Shown: in pieces, positions 28,940-38,698 of the stretch
How positions within the stretch are numbered: the stretch's first letter is position 1
Layout: each line of letters opens with the position of its first letter
Assembly (NCBI GenBank): GCA_016840035.1
Contig: JAEOTC010000075.1
Span: 1 to 64,000, forward strand
DNA from: Candidatus Hodarchaeota archaeon
GTDB taxonomy: Archaea > Asgardarchaeota > Heimdallarchaeia > Hodarchaeales > Hodarchaeaceae
Direction: 5' to 3'
Length of the DNA stretch: 64,000 nucleotides
Notes under the pieces: model-generated
Databases searched by the model: none
Told to the model about the DNA's origin: nothing
What the model saw: the letters and a program-made list of their open reading frames with translations, nothing else
Program-made: the position numbers and the translations under genes

Positions 28940-29452
28940 ATGGTAAAATTCTGTCCTTCTTGTGGTCAAGAAACTGATCCAGACTCACTTTATTGTTTGA
29001 AATGTGGTAAAAAACTTCCCGAATCTGATTTCGCTCCAGCAGATAAAGGCAAGGCCGAACAAAGAGTGCCTCCCCAAGCACCTACCTATCAACCGTCAAG
29101 TTATCAACAAGAATTTCAACCCCGTCCCTACCATCCCTCAATGAAAGCACCCTTAGGTGAGCGTTGTGTCGCTTATTTAGTTGATTATTTTATCAATCAG
29201 TTCACTTGTGGAATCTATGGTTGTGTTAAGGATGGTATCCGTGATGGTCAATCCATAGGAAAAGGATTAATGAACTTGCGTGTTGTTGATTATAATACTG
29301 GTCAACCCGCAACCATTGGCCAATCTTTTCTCCGCAATTGTCTCTGTGGATTTGTGGACGGATGCGTATGTTATTGTCCAATGTTTGTCTCGGAAGATGG
29401 TAGACGAATCGGTGATCATGGAGCTGGCACTATCGTGATCTTGGATAAATAA
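28940..29452 (+). CDS. Zinc-ribbon + RDD family protein
   Basis: CPSC/CLKC, P/Q-rich linker, 'ERCVAYLVD', 'GQSIGK...LRVVD', 'RRIGDHGAGTIV'. Confidence 0.85.
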   Translation: MVKFCPSCGQETDPDSLYCLKCGKKLPESDFAPADKGKAEQRVPPQAPTYQPSSYQQEFQPRPYHPSMKAPLGERCVAYLVDYFINQFTCGIYGCVKDGIRDGQSIGKGLMNLRVVDYNTGQPATIGQSFLRNCLCGFVDGCVCYCPMFVSEDGRRIGDHGAGTIVILDK

Positions 29453-29589
29453 AGGAAGTTTCCTTCTCAAAGGAAAAACCCATGAGATTATTTTACTCCT
29501 TAAGAAAAAGTTTATCACGGAATAAACTGATTCGATCGGTTCACAACACCAAAAAGGATCCTTAAGACTTATAGGATAGGTTGTATTAA

Positions 29590-31152
29590 ATGCGATGTAG
29601 AGAGTGTGGAGCTGAGAATCCACCTGAAGCCCGTTTTTGTTACCAATGTGGGAAAGAGATATCAAGACTGCCTCAAGATGCAAGCAGTTTTCAGTCACAA
29701 TCTGCATTCTGTCAGAAATGCGGCGTTCAAAATCCTCCAAGTTCTAAATTTTGTATGGAATGTGGCACAACCTTAAAGCAAATTGAAGCTAAAAGCCCAA
29801 ATGTTTGTCCTACATGCAATTCTCCAATAGAATCTTCTTATTCTCTATGTCCTAATTGTGGGCATTCACTTGGGGGCATGAGCAAGACTTCTTGGAGTAC
29901 ACCAGATGTAGATGATAGAGAATTAGAGATTTGCCCTTCTTGCGGGAAACAAACAAGTGGTGAATATTGTCAAGACTGTGGGTTTCGTCTGAGGACGCGT
30001 CAGTCTCCCGTCGATTGGTGGTATTGTACTCGTGAATCAGCAATTATGCAGGAAATAGATCCCAAAAGTCAATTTTTAATTCCGAAAGAATCATTAGAAG
30101 AATCTATTGCATCATTTCAACAAGAAGAAAAATTTCCCAATTATCAGAGTGATTCAATTAGACAATTGAGTAATTTAGTATTTTCCCGCGATCACACCAG
30201 CAATTTTTGTTCAATAACGAAAGTAAAATGTCCAATTTGTGGTCAAACATCCTATGCGTCTATTAATGTAAGACCTAAGACCTCTCAGTTGATTGGTTCA
30301 GGGACAAAGAAATTAAACGGAAGTGCTCTAATAAAAAGCGGCATTTTTTACATGCGGAACTTCAAGGAATTTTACTTAATTATCGCAGTAGGAGTTATGA
30401 TCGATTTAATTGTGACAATATTAGGAGGAAATTTATCTACCGTTGATGCTCTTACGAATTTCTTCTCTGATTTTGATACGGCTGCATTAAATGAGAGTCT
30501 CTATACCATGAATATAGGTACATTAGCTATAGACTTCGTATTGTCATCCTTTTTGCTAAGTTGGACCCTTATTTCGCTAAAGCAAATTAAAAATCAAGGG
30601 TATTCCTCAATTGATCTGATTTCAGGTGCTGGAACTTCAGTTCGAACTATTGTGAGTGTATTGATATTAATGCTTGTTCCTTTTATGGTATCGATAATTT
30701 CTCTCATTGGTTTGGGTTCTATAAATCTCTCTTATACCGATTCGTTATATGGCTATTCAGAATATCCCTACTCCGGCACAGATTCAGTAATAGGTTCGTT
30801 ATTAGGAATATTGGCTTTTACTCTTGGAATTGCGCTTCTCGAGATTGTGGTGATGATATTAACAACATATTTTCTTCCTGCTTTCATTTTCAATCCTGAT
30901 CGGTCAATCAAAAATAGTATAGAGCGAGGATATGTGTTTGCGAGAAAATATTTCTGGTTAACTTTGGGAATAACTATACTATTCAATTTGATAGGCAATA
31001 TTGGCTCATTTTTTACTTTACCATCATACTTTTTAGGGACAGCACTAATTCCAGTTCTCATTACTTCGATCATTATACGAACGATAGCAGTGTATCGAAT
31101 TCTGTCTTTCGGTTGGGCATATGACGAATTTAAAGATGAAGTGCATAAATGA
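29590..31152 (+). CDS. Multi double-zinc-ribbon protein with C-terminal membrane domain (about 5-6 TM)
   Basis: At least 9 CxxC motifs in the N-terminal half; membrane domain with 'SIKNSIERGYVF'. Confidence 0.8.
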   Translation: MRCRECGAENPPEARFCYQCGKEISRLPQDASSFQSQSAFCQKCGVQNPPSSKFCMECGTTLKQIEAKSPNVCPTCNSPIESSYSLCPNCGHSLGGMSKTSWSTPDVDDRELEICPSCGKQTSGEYCQDCGFRLRTRQSPVDWWYCTRESAIMQEIDPKSQFLIPKESLEESIASFQQEEKFPNYQSDSIRQLSNLVFSRDHTSNFCSITKVKCPICGQTSYASINVRPKTSQLIGSGTKKLNGSALIKSGIFYMRNFKEFYLIIAVGVMIDLIVTILGGNLSTVDALTNFFSDFDTAALNESLYTMNIGTLAIDFVLSSFLLSWTLISLKQIKNQGYSSIDLISGAGTSVRTIVSVLILMLVPFMVSIISLIGLGSINLSYTDSLYGYSEYPYSGTDSVIGSLLGILAFTLGIALLEIVVMILTTYFLPAFIFNPDRSIKNSIERGYVFARKYFWLTLGITILFNLIGNIGSFFTLPSYFLGTALIPVLITSIIIRTIAVYRILSFGWAYDEFKDEVHK

Positions 31153-32870
31153 GATCAAAATTTTTTCGAAAATCCCTTCTTCGAGGTTTGTCAATAACTT
31201 GTTTCCTTCTACTAATTATTTTACTCCTTTTATCCAGAAATTCAGGACAATCTAGTCTTCTATTTTGGCAAATTACCCAATTTTGTGGCCCTCTCTTATT
31301 TTTGGGTATATGGTTCCCTTTTGCCTTATCATTTCTACTAGATTCATCAGTAGAGATGAGATCGCTTTCTCGATCCGCAACGGTGATGATTTTTGGAAGT
31401 ATCATTATAGTATTAGGAGCCTTGATGCTGAATACCCGAATGTTATTCATTATTATGGGATCGATCTCAAATTTGTTTGAGATCAGAGTCGATGATCTTG
31501 TAGGTCAATTTTTTCTTTGGGAAATGACTACTGGCCTATTATTACCCCTAAATGAAGAAATAATTAAGATTTTACCAATTTTAGTACTTTCTCATGCAGC
31601 TGTAGTATCATTTGACCCTGAGGATGAAAAAATCGTGGTGAGGACACCTCAAATAAAACAAATCCTAATCTCACGAAGACAATATGTTCTATACGCTATT
31701 ATTAGTGGAACTGTTTTTACTTTCTTTGAATTATTTTTATATCAATGGGAGTCGATTCAACCTAGTCTAGATCCTTTTTCAGATGTCTACTTCCAAATTA
31801 CCTTACGAACACTTGCACCTTTACATATCCTCTCAACAATTTTCTTTGCACTCGGAATATATACTTTGAATGGTCGACTCACGGGAACAATTTCAAAAAG
31901 AATGGCAATACTTTCGTCAATTAAGTATTTTCTTCTTGGCTGGGGTCTTCATTCATTCTGGAATTCATTGAACGTATATTTTGCAGTATTCCTTCCAGAG
32001 ATGCAGGATTTATTGTATCTATTACTTTTCGGAATCGGAATCATCATCAATATTTCATTAATTCTGATAATCTGGCGGATTTTTCGAATAACCCCACGAT
32101 TCTGTGTTAAGTGCGGATTTGAAGGGATAAACCACTTTCATCCAGAAAAAGTTATTACATCTGAGAACGTAGCCCCCTCTCGCGGATTCAGTTTTCTTCC
32201 TCCTAGAATCAGCAGATTCAGGCTCGCTTCTAGATATATCTGTCCCAATTGCTTTAATAAAATCCGTACAGAGGGAACATGTGCGCATTGTGGTTCACGA
32301 ATTTATCAAACCTGTCCAAACTGTAACACTTTCCTATCAGAAACAACAACAATCTGCCCTAATTGTCGTAAACGGATAATCTCCCTCGATGAGATGAGTT
32401 TTCGTTCACTCTCGATGGTTGAAACATGGATAATCGGAGTAAGTGTGCTAACTTCCTTAGTTTTTACTCTCACTCCTCTTTCTATACTCTTTTGGTTACG
32501 TCAAGAAGCTATCTTGATTCCGTTGCCAATATATCTTTTTTACTTCATAATGGGGTTAATTATTGTCATAAGCACACTTATCACATTGTTTTTTAATCGG
32601 ACTATGGGAATATTAGTATTGTACTGCCATATCCTTAATCTGTTTTTACTGGGAATAATCAGTCTTTTCGGCTCATCATTTATTGGAATATTACTTTCGA
32701 TACGTCTAACTGATCCTATTGGAGGAATCCTAATTCTTGGAATAAGTATTATTCTGTATTCCTTATTTAAACGGATTTTCAACCTTTTTTATCATAGCTA
32801 TCACCCAATTTTTCCTGAATTTTTGGATTCTGTAAGCGAAACAGTGAAAGGAGGTAGGGGTTATGAGTAA
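31149..32870 (+). CDS. PrsW-family glutamic intramembrane protease fused to zinc ribbons and an extra TM domain
   Basis: 'EEIIK', 'FTFFE', 'PLH' and 'LHSFWN' motifs; five CxxC motifs after the protease domain. Confidence 0.8.
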   Translation: MRSKFFRKSLLRGLSITCFLLLIILLLLSRNSGQSSLLFWQITQFCGPLLFLGIWFPFALSFLLDSSVEMRSLSRSATVMIFGSIIIVLGALMLNTRMLFIIMGSISNLFEIRVDDLVGQFFLWEMTTGLLLPLNEEIIKILPILVLSHAAVVSFDPEDEKIVVRTPQIKQILISRRQYVLYAIISGTVFTFFELFLYQWESIQPSLDPFSDVYFQITLRTLAPLHILSTIFFALGIYTLNGRLTGTISKRMAILSSIKYFLLGWGLHSFWNSLNVYFAVFLPEMQDLLYLLLFGIGIIINISLILIIWRIFRITPRFCVKCGFEGINHFHPEKVITSENVAPSRGFSFLPPRISRFRLASRYICPNCFNKIRTEGTCAHCGSRIYQTCPNCNTFLSETTTICPNCRKRIISLDEMSFRSLSMVETWIIGVSVLTSLVFTLTPLSILFWLRQEAILIPLPIYLFYFIMGLIIVISTLITLFFNRTMGILVLYCHILNLFLLGIISLFGSSFIGILLSIRLTDPIGGILILGISIILYSLFKRIFNLFYHSYHPIFPEFLDSVSETVKGGRGYE

Positions 32871-33672
32871 TTTACTATTTAGAAAAAAATCTAAGCCTAG
32901 AAGCGCTAATCCTCATGCGGGATTAAAAGCGGGTTTTCTTCTCCTATCTATTGGATTTTTCCTTCAGTTTTTGTTCCTCAACTTATTATCACTCATCTTA
33001 GGGATAGGAACCGAGTTTGCAGAAATGACAATCCTAATTAGCGGATTACCCGAACTTGATATTGTACTTCCGTTTTTAGTCCTTATTCTACTTCCCATGA
33101 CTGCTATTACTACAAATTTATGGGTTACATTACTTTCAGTCATTCCTTGGATAATTGCAGGATGTATTACTGGATACTTTTGTGGGCCCGATCTTGAAAA
33201 AGCAATATTCCTAAGTTTTCCTTCATTTTTTGGATCGATAGCAGTTTTGATTATTCTAGCGCTTTTTACTTTATTTGGCGTTCTTCTTCCAGTTTTCCCT
33301 TCCCTTCAGATAGTTTTCTTGTTTGCAACAATACTCACACTAGCCATGTACGGAATGGTACTGATAGGAGGAATCAGTCTATATTTCTTTCTACCATCCT
33401 ATATTGGTTATTATATTGGAAAAAAATATACTCCTCAATTATATCCTCAAATATTTTATGCTCAACCAAATAGAATTGATCCTAGGAGCGTATATTGTAG
33501 ATTCTTAACTCGTGATAATAGGTGTGGAGTTGGTCGAAGTTCTTTTATTCCAGGTACGTGTGATAATCGATTTAACCAAGTAACGTGTCCTATATATGTA
33601 CGGGTAACCAAAGCAACACGAAAGAAAATTCAACCAGGAGGTCTTTTTTCTGAAATTAAGAAGTCTCTTTAA
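32863..33672 (+). CDS. Membrane protein with Cys-rich C-terminal tail
   Basis: About 5 TMs, then 'YCRF...RC...TC...TCPIY'. Confidence 0.7.
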   Translation: MSNLLFRKKSKPRSANPHAGLKAGFLLLSIGFFLQFLFLNLLSLILGIGTEFAEMTILISGLPELDIVLPFLVLILLPMTAITTNLWVTLLSVIPWIIAGCITGYFCGPDLEKAIFLSFPSFFGSIAVLIILALFTLFGVLLPVFPSLQIVFLFATILTLAMYGMVLIGGISLYFFLPSYIGYYIGKKYTPQLYPQIFYAQPNRIDPRSVYCRFLTRDNRCGVGRSSFIPGTCDNRFNQVTCPIYVRVTKATRKKIQPGGLFSEIKKSL

Positions 33673-34405
33673 AAATAGGTATACCCTGATAATTCTGATA
33701 TTGAGTGCTAGTATATGGGTTATTGTGGATGGTGGAACACATAACTCACCATATCGAAAACAAGGAATATACAGTGATGTTCCTTTAGTTAAGGATTCTG
33801 ATAGATCTGGGTTTAACCTTTGGGATTTATTGGATTTCCTTGATTTTACATTACCTGAGTTACCTATGCCTCAAATTGCGCCCCTTCTTGGGTTATCAGC
33901 AGGCGGATTGATGTTTTTATTCGTGATATTGTTAATTATGGTTGTTTTATTCGGAATATCACTCATAATTTCATCAAAATTCAGATCAAAGAGTAAAGAA
34001 GAAATTTTTGTCGAGGAAGAAGATCAACCTGATATTAAAGAGTTGATAAAGCGTCGAGAAACTCTCGGAAAGCGTATTGATGAAATTATCACATTCTTGG
34101 AGACTTCAGGAAATAAAGAGTCTTTCAGTGAGGCAATAACTTTAGGATTCGAAAAATTGGATTTAGCGTTAAAAGAATTTTCAAAGATATCTCGCCCAGG
34201 ATGGTTAACTCCACGTGAATATGCTGAAATGCGGATTCCATACTTCGATCATAAATCTCTATCCGTAGCTGTTGAGATCTTCTACGAAATAACGTATGGT
34301 GAACGAACTGCGACTTTAAGAGAGTTTAATTTGTTTTTATCAAGTATCAAATCGATGATAAGTGATCAAACAATACTTCGTTGGAAATCTGATCAAGACT
34401 TATGA
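33650..34405 (+). CDS. DUF4129-like membrane protein (probable CTG start)
   Basis: 'SRPGWLTPREYA...FYEITYG' DUF4129 pattern. GGAGGT lies 7 nt before an in-frame CTG at 33650. Confidence 0.7.
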   Translation: MKLRSLFKNRYTLIILILSASIWVIVDGGTHNSPYRKQGIYSDVPLVKDSDRSGFNLWDLLDFLDFTLPELPMPQIAPLLGLSAGGLMFLFVILLIMVVLFGISLIISSKFRSKSKEEIFVEEEDQPDIKELIKRRETLGKRIDEIITFLETSGNKESFSEAITLGFEKLDLALKEFSKISRPGWLTPREYAEMRIPYFDHKSLSVAVEIFYEITYGERTATLREFNLFLSSIKSMISDQTILRWKSDQDL

Positions 34406-35661
34406 TTAAGGAGTTACATGACATGAATATACACATGAGAAAGTATCTGTATGTTTTTAGTGTCCTGATAGGTCTTCTTCTTATTCTGATCCCTCCACTT
34501 CAACCTGCTGCATATACAATTTCTAATACTCATTGGTCTGGAGCTTCAAGTTTTCAGTCCTCTTTCGAAGGAAACCATAAAATTACCTCTACAAATATTC
34601 CTCTAAGTTTACTAGGTGATCTAAATCAGCTCACTGACATTATCATCATAATTGGAGGAAGCTTACCTTATTATCCTGAAGAATCACAAAAACTCCTAAC
34701 TTTCGTTTCAAATGGAGGAATTCTCATCCTTTTTGAAGATACAGGATATGGTCGAATTTTAACAGAGGCATTTGGATTGAGATTAGGTGGAACCCTTATT
34801 GACCAAGATAATCATGGGCCTAATCCATATTTACCCAAATCTGTGCAACCTGAACTTCAAATCCAAAATACAGTAATAAATCAACATAATGTGATTTTCA
34901 ATCATGGAGTAAGAGTTAAGCAATTTTACCGCCTTCCAAATACACTTTATCGTCCGCTGTTCCCGCTTGAAGGGTTCGTTTGGGAAGACAAAGATGGGGA
35001 TGGAAAATTTCATGAGGAAGAAGAGAGAGTTACAGATGATGCTTATCTAGGAGGAATCCTTGAATTTCCAAATACTAATGGATTATGCATTGTGATAGGT
35101 GATTCCGCCTTTCCCACTAATGATATGATCTCACGAGAGCAGAATCGTGAATGGCTCTTGGAACTTGTACGTCTGATCACTCAAAATGACAATAAAAATG
35201 TTCTTTTTGATGAGAGTCGAAAGTTATGGATTCCACCATCTGGGATCGCATTGATCTCTTACGTTTCAATCATAATTTTAGGGATATTTCATTCTCCGTT
35301 AATTGCTTTCACTGCTTTGATTATTTTAGTAGGAATACTAGCAATTAGGAAAAATCGGGAGATAATGGAATTCACACACCGTTTAAAAGAGCCATTTGAT
35401 AGAAAGGCAAGAATTCCAACGCAAGCCTATCTACAATCAGCGGAGGAGGAAGTTTTCAGTAGCTACGGTAAGAAATCTTCAAGATCCAACCTTTATCGAG
35501 ATTTAATAGTTGAAGAATTACTGGAAATAGAAGAAAGGCTTACACATGAGGAAAAGAGGTATTTTGAGGATTCATTACGCCAACGGATATTCACTTTTGC
35601 TGATTATGAGAAACACAAATATCAAATTGAACAATTTAAGAAAAACCTAAATGAGGAGTAA
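34402..35661 (+). CDS. DUF4350-like membrane-anchored protein
   Basis: 'SNTHWSGASSF', 'FVSNGGILILFED', 'IGDSAFPTNDMI', 'VLFDES'; EF-hand-like DKDGDGK. Confidence 0.75.
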   Translation: MIKELHDMNIHMRKYLYVFSVLIGLLLILIPPLQPAAYTISNTHWSGASSFQSSFEGNHKITSTNIPLSLLGDLNQLTDIIIIIGGSLPYYPEESQKLLTFVSNGGILILFEDTGYGRILTEAFGLRLGGTLIDQDNHGPNPYLPKSVQPELQIQNTVINQHNVIFNHGVRVKQFYRLPNTLYRPLFPLEGFVWEDKDGDGKFHEEEERVTDDAYLGGILEFPNTNGLCIVIGDSAFPTNDMISREQNREWLLELVRLITQNDNKNVLFDESRKLWIPPSGIALISYVSIIILGIFHSPLIAFTALIILVGILAIRKNREIMEFTHRLKEPFDRKARIPTQAYLQSAEEEVFSSYGKKSSRSNLYRDLIVEELLEIEERLTHEEKRYFEDSLRQRIFTFADYEKHKYQIEQFKKNLNEE

Positions 35662-35665
35662 AATA

Positions 35666-36607
35666 ATGGATGCTTTAGAGATAAAGACAATTGTCGAACA
35701 GATCATAGAAGAAATGCAGAATCGAGTTGTAGGATTGGATTTTGCGATCGAAAATGTTTTAACAAGTTATTTTGCCAATGGGCATGTCCTACTAGAGGGG
35801 GTTCCAGGTATTGCGAAGTCTATGATGGCATTTTCTCTTGCAGAGGTATTAGGACTTGATTTTACCCGTATTCAATTCACACCTGATTTGATGCCTGGTG
35901 ATATCACAGGCGTATCTGTATATAATATGAAAACTCAGGAGTTTAATTTCATCAAAGGACCCGTTTTTTCTAACATTGTCCTTTGTGACGAAATTAGTCG
36001 TGCCCCTCCAAAAACTCATTCAGCTCTTTTAGAGGCAATGCAAGAAAGACAAATTAGCCATGAAGGTATTACCTATAAGCTTCCAGAACCTTTTCTGGTA
36101 ATTGCTACACAAAACCCTATAGAACAGGCCGGTGTATACCCACTACCAGAAGCTCAGCTCGATCGATTCCTTATTCGACAAATTATACCCTATCCCTCTG
36201 TTGAGGCTGAATTAAAAATTCTCAAGCTGAAACAACGGCAAGATATGCTACCTGTAAATGTTCTGACAGATAGAACGACTATACTAAAGATTCAGCAATT
36301 CGTTCGTGAAGAAGTACTTGTATCCGAGAAAATTATGGAGTATATCGTTAATCTGATAAGAAAGACTCGAGAACATTACGGTCTAACTCTAGGTGGTTCT
36401 CCACGTGCATCTATATCTTTACTTACGATAGCTCAATCTAGAGCTGCGATTTCTGGTAGAGATTATGTTGAACCGGATGATATCAAACGTTTATTCTTCC
36501 CTGTTGTCAATCATCGGTTGATTTTAACCCCCGAATCAGAAATGGAACGAGTTCCAGTAATACAAATCGTTGATAATATTTTAAAGAATACAGAAGTGGT
36601 ATTGTAA
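35666..36607 (+). CDS. moxR: MoxR family AAA+ ATPase
   Basis: 'GHVLLEGVPGIAKS', 'RIQFTPDLMPGDITG', 'DEISRAPPK', 'ATQNPIE', 'PLPEAQLDRF', 'GSPRAS'. Confidence 0.95.
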   Translation: MDALEIKTIVEQIIEEMQNRVVGLDFAIENVLTSYFANGHVLLEGVPGIAKSMMAFSLAEVLGLDFTRIQFTPDLMPGDITGVSVYNMKTQEFNFIKGPVFSNIVLCDEISRAPPKTHSALLEAMQERQISHEGITYKLPEPFLVIATQNPIEQAGVYPLPEAQLDRFLIRQIIPYPSVEAELKILKLKQRQDMLPVNVLTDRTTILKIQQFVREEVLVSEKIMEYIVNLIRKTREHYGLTLGGSPRASISLLTIAQSRAAISGRDYVEPDDIKRLFFPVVNHRLILTPESEMERVPVIQIVDNILKNTEVVL

Positions 36608-36626
36608 AAGTAGAGGTCTATAGATT

Positions 36627-37979
36627 TTGAAACGCTATCGTGAAATTTCGCCAAGTGGAATTTTGGTTCTACTCCTAAGTTCTTTTGGGGGGATAATTGG
36701 GATGAACTTAAATTTCCCAATTCTCTGGTTCCCAAGTTTTGTTTTTATTTTCTATTTTCTTCCATTCATCACATATTTCTATAGAGAATGGAACATATCA
36801 GCTCGACACTATGTTTCTTCATCAATTGTGACTCTTGGTGACTTCTTTTACTTGAAAATAATACTGAAGAATGTCAATCGGAGAAAAATTCGGTTTATTC
36901 TTGACATGAAGAATACCGATCACATTATCCTTGTAAAGGGCTGGTCATTCAAAAAAATGACTTTATTTCCTGGAGAGTCAAACTCTTGTTCCTTTATATT
37001 TGCCGTATCCAAACGAGGAATTCATAAGATCCAATCCTTCTCAGTAATTAGGAGTGATCCGTTAGGATTATATCGTGATGTAATTGAGTTTTCAGAACCA
37101 ATATCAATTCAAGTAATTCCCGCTAGACCCCAGATTAGACTTGATAAAAAACAAAAGCAAGAAGTTCGTCATACATTAGTTGGTCAATACGCATATAGAA
37201 GAAAAGGACAGGGTGATGAATTCTTCTCCTTAAATGATTATCAACGTGGAGATGAACCACGTAAGATTTACTGGAAGAAAAGTGCTCATCTTGGGAAATT
37301 AATATCTAAAGAGTTTGAGGATGAAATTGTATTTCGACTCTTTGTTGCTGTGGATACCAGTTACACGATGCGATCAAGGAAATTAGAATATTCTCTTACA
37401 AGTCTATTGGAACTAGCCGAAATGTGTTCCTATACTCATGATACTTTCGGATTCATTACCTTTGCAGATCATCCAAACCGTTATCTCAAACCAACTACTA
37501 GTCCACGTCTATACGAAAAGGTTTCAAGATTAATTTATGATTTAAATTCACATGACGAACCTGCGCGATTTGATACAATATTACCGTATATTTTTTCCTT
37601 GAAAGGAACCAGAAGTGTATTAGTTATACTTAGTGATTCAGAAGGGGTATTAGAAGACAAATTAAAAGCAATAGTAAAGTTAAGCAAGTTTGGACATCAT
37701 CTAATATTCTGCGAATTACGTGCAGACAAATTTGGTATTTCTGATTCTAAGATCAACCCTTATAATCTCGATACATATGAAAAATTAACAAATTTACAAT
37801 TGATTCATGATAAAGTTTCTGAAAACTATCGTATAAGAGAAGCTCGAATCCGTCAATTATTAGAAGAAGTGAGAGGGACATATATTCAGATAGGATCCTA
37901 TTCAGACAATCTGATGCTTCTAATAAAACATGAGATTGCTCAAATTCAACCATTGTTATCTCCTGTGATGTTAAAATGA
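36627..37979 (+). CDS. DUF58 / VWA-like MoxR partner
   Basis: 'DPLGL', 'GDEFFSLNDYQRGDEPRKIYWKKSA', MIDAS-like 'DTSYTM', 'ILSD'. Confidence 0.88.
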   Translation: MKRYREISPSGILVLLLSSFGGIIGMNLNFPILWFPSFVFIFYFLPFITYFYREWNISARHYVSSSIVTLGDFFYLKIILKNVNRRKIRFILDMKNTDHIILVKGWSFKKMTLFPGESNSCSFIFAVSKRGIHKIQSFSVIRSDPLGLYRDVIEFSEPISIQVIPARPQIRLDKKQKQEVRHTLVGQYAYRRKGQGDEFFSLNDYQRGDEPRKIYWKKSAHLGKLISKEFEDEIVFRLFVAVDTSYTMRSRKLEYSLTSLLELAEMCSYTHDTFGFITFADHPNRYLKPTTSPRLYEKVSRLIYDLNSHDEPARFDTILPYIFSLKGTRSVLVILSDSEGVLEDKLKAIVKLSKFGHHLIFCELRADKFGISDSKINPYNLDTYEKLTNLQLIHDKVSENYRIREARIRQLLEEVRGTYIQIGSYSDNLMLLIKHEIAQIQPLLSPVMLK

Positions 37980-38677
37980 GTAAAAATTTTAAATTTTTAG
38001 ATACGGGATTATCAGGATACTGGGTGAAACGTCAGAATCCAAAATTGGTTGATCAGGTTCTTAAACTTGATTATATATTGACTACCTTAATCATTGGTTT
38101 ACTTGGATTTTATATATTAACTAATTTATCATTACTTACCTTTTCGTTATTATTAATAGCAATAACTAGTTTATTTTTCTTGGAATTGAATTTAAGTAAA
38201 TATCCGCAGTATGTTATTCCATTTTCTCATCTAACTCTGATCCTCCTGATCGCATATTTGCAGCTAATCGTGTCAGAAACAAGCGTTTATTCTTTATATC
38301 CATCAATCTTAGATCTATTCCTTAGTTTATTTGTAAGCATCAAATTATTTCTTCAACTGTTTCATTTTCGAAGATATTTATCTGATTCTAAAGCTCTAAT
38401 CCCGAAAACAGAAATAAATAGACGGCACTTAAAATCATTTATGGATCAATTAAGAATTGGAGAACCACTACTGGATTATGAGTTTGAAGAACCGACTAGA
38501 TCAGAATTAACTGATTTTCTTCTGCAAATTTTACGCGTGATAGTATTTATGGTTTTAATGTTATCCCCACTTGGTCTTTTCCTGTTCTCAGGAGTACTTA
38601 TCTATCCATATGTTGCCTTGGTACCAAGTGTCTTGATTTCATTATTTCTGCTAGTTATTCACACCCAACGAGAATAG
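37976..38677 (+). CDS. Hypothetical membrane protein (about 6 TM)
   Basis: ATGA overlap with the DUF58 gene; hydrophobic. Confidence 0.7.
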   Translation: MSKNFKFLDTGLSGYWVKRQNPKLVDQVLKLDYILTTLIIGLLGFYILTNLSLLTFSLLLIAITSLFFLELNLSKYPQYVIPFSHLTLILLIAYLQLIVSETSVYSLYPSILDLFLSLFVSIKLFLQLFHFRRYLSDSKALIPKTEINRRHLKSFMDQLRIGEPLLDYEFEEPTRSELTDFLLQILRVIVFMVLMLSPLGLFLFSGVLIYPYVALVPSVLISLFLLVIHTQRE

Positions 38678-38698
38678 TTTTGAGATATTAGCGACTGA

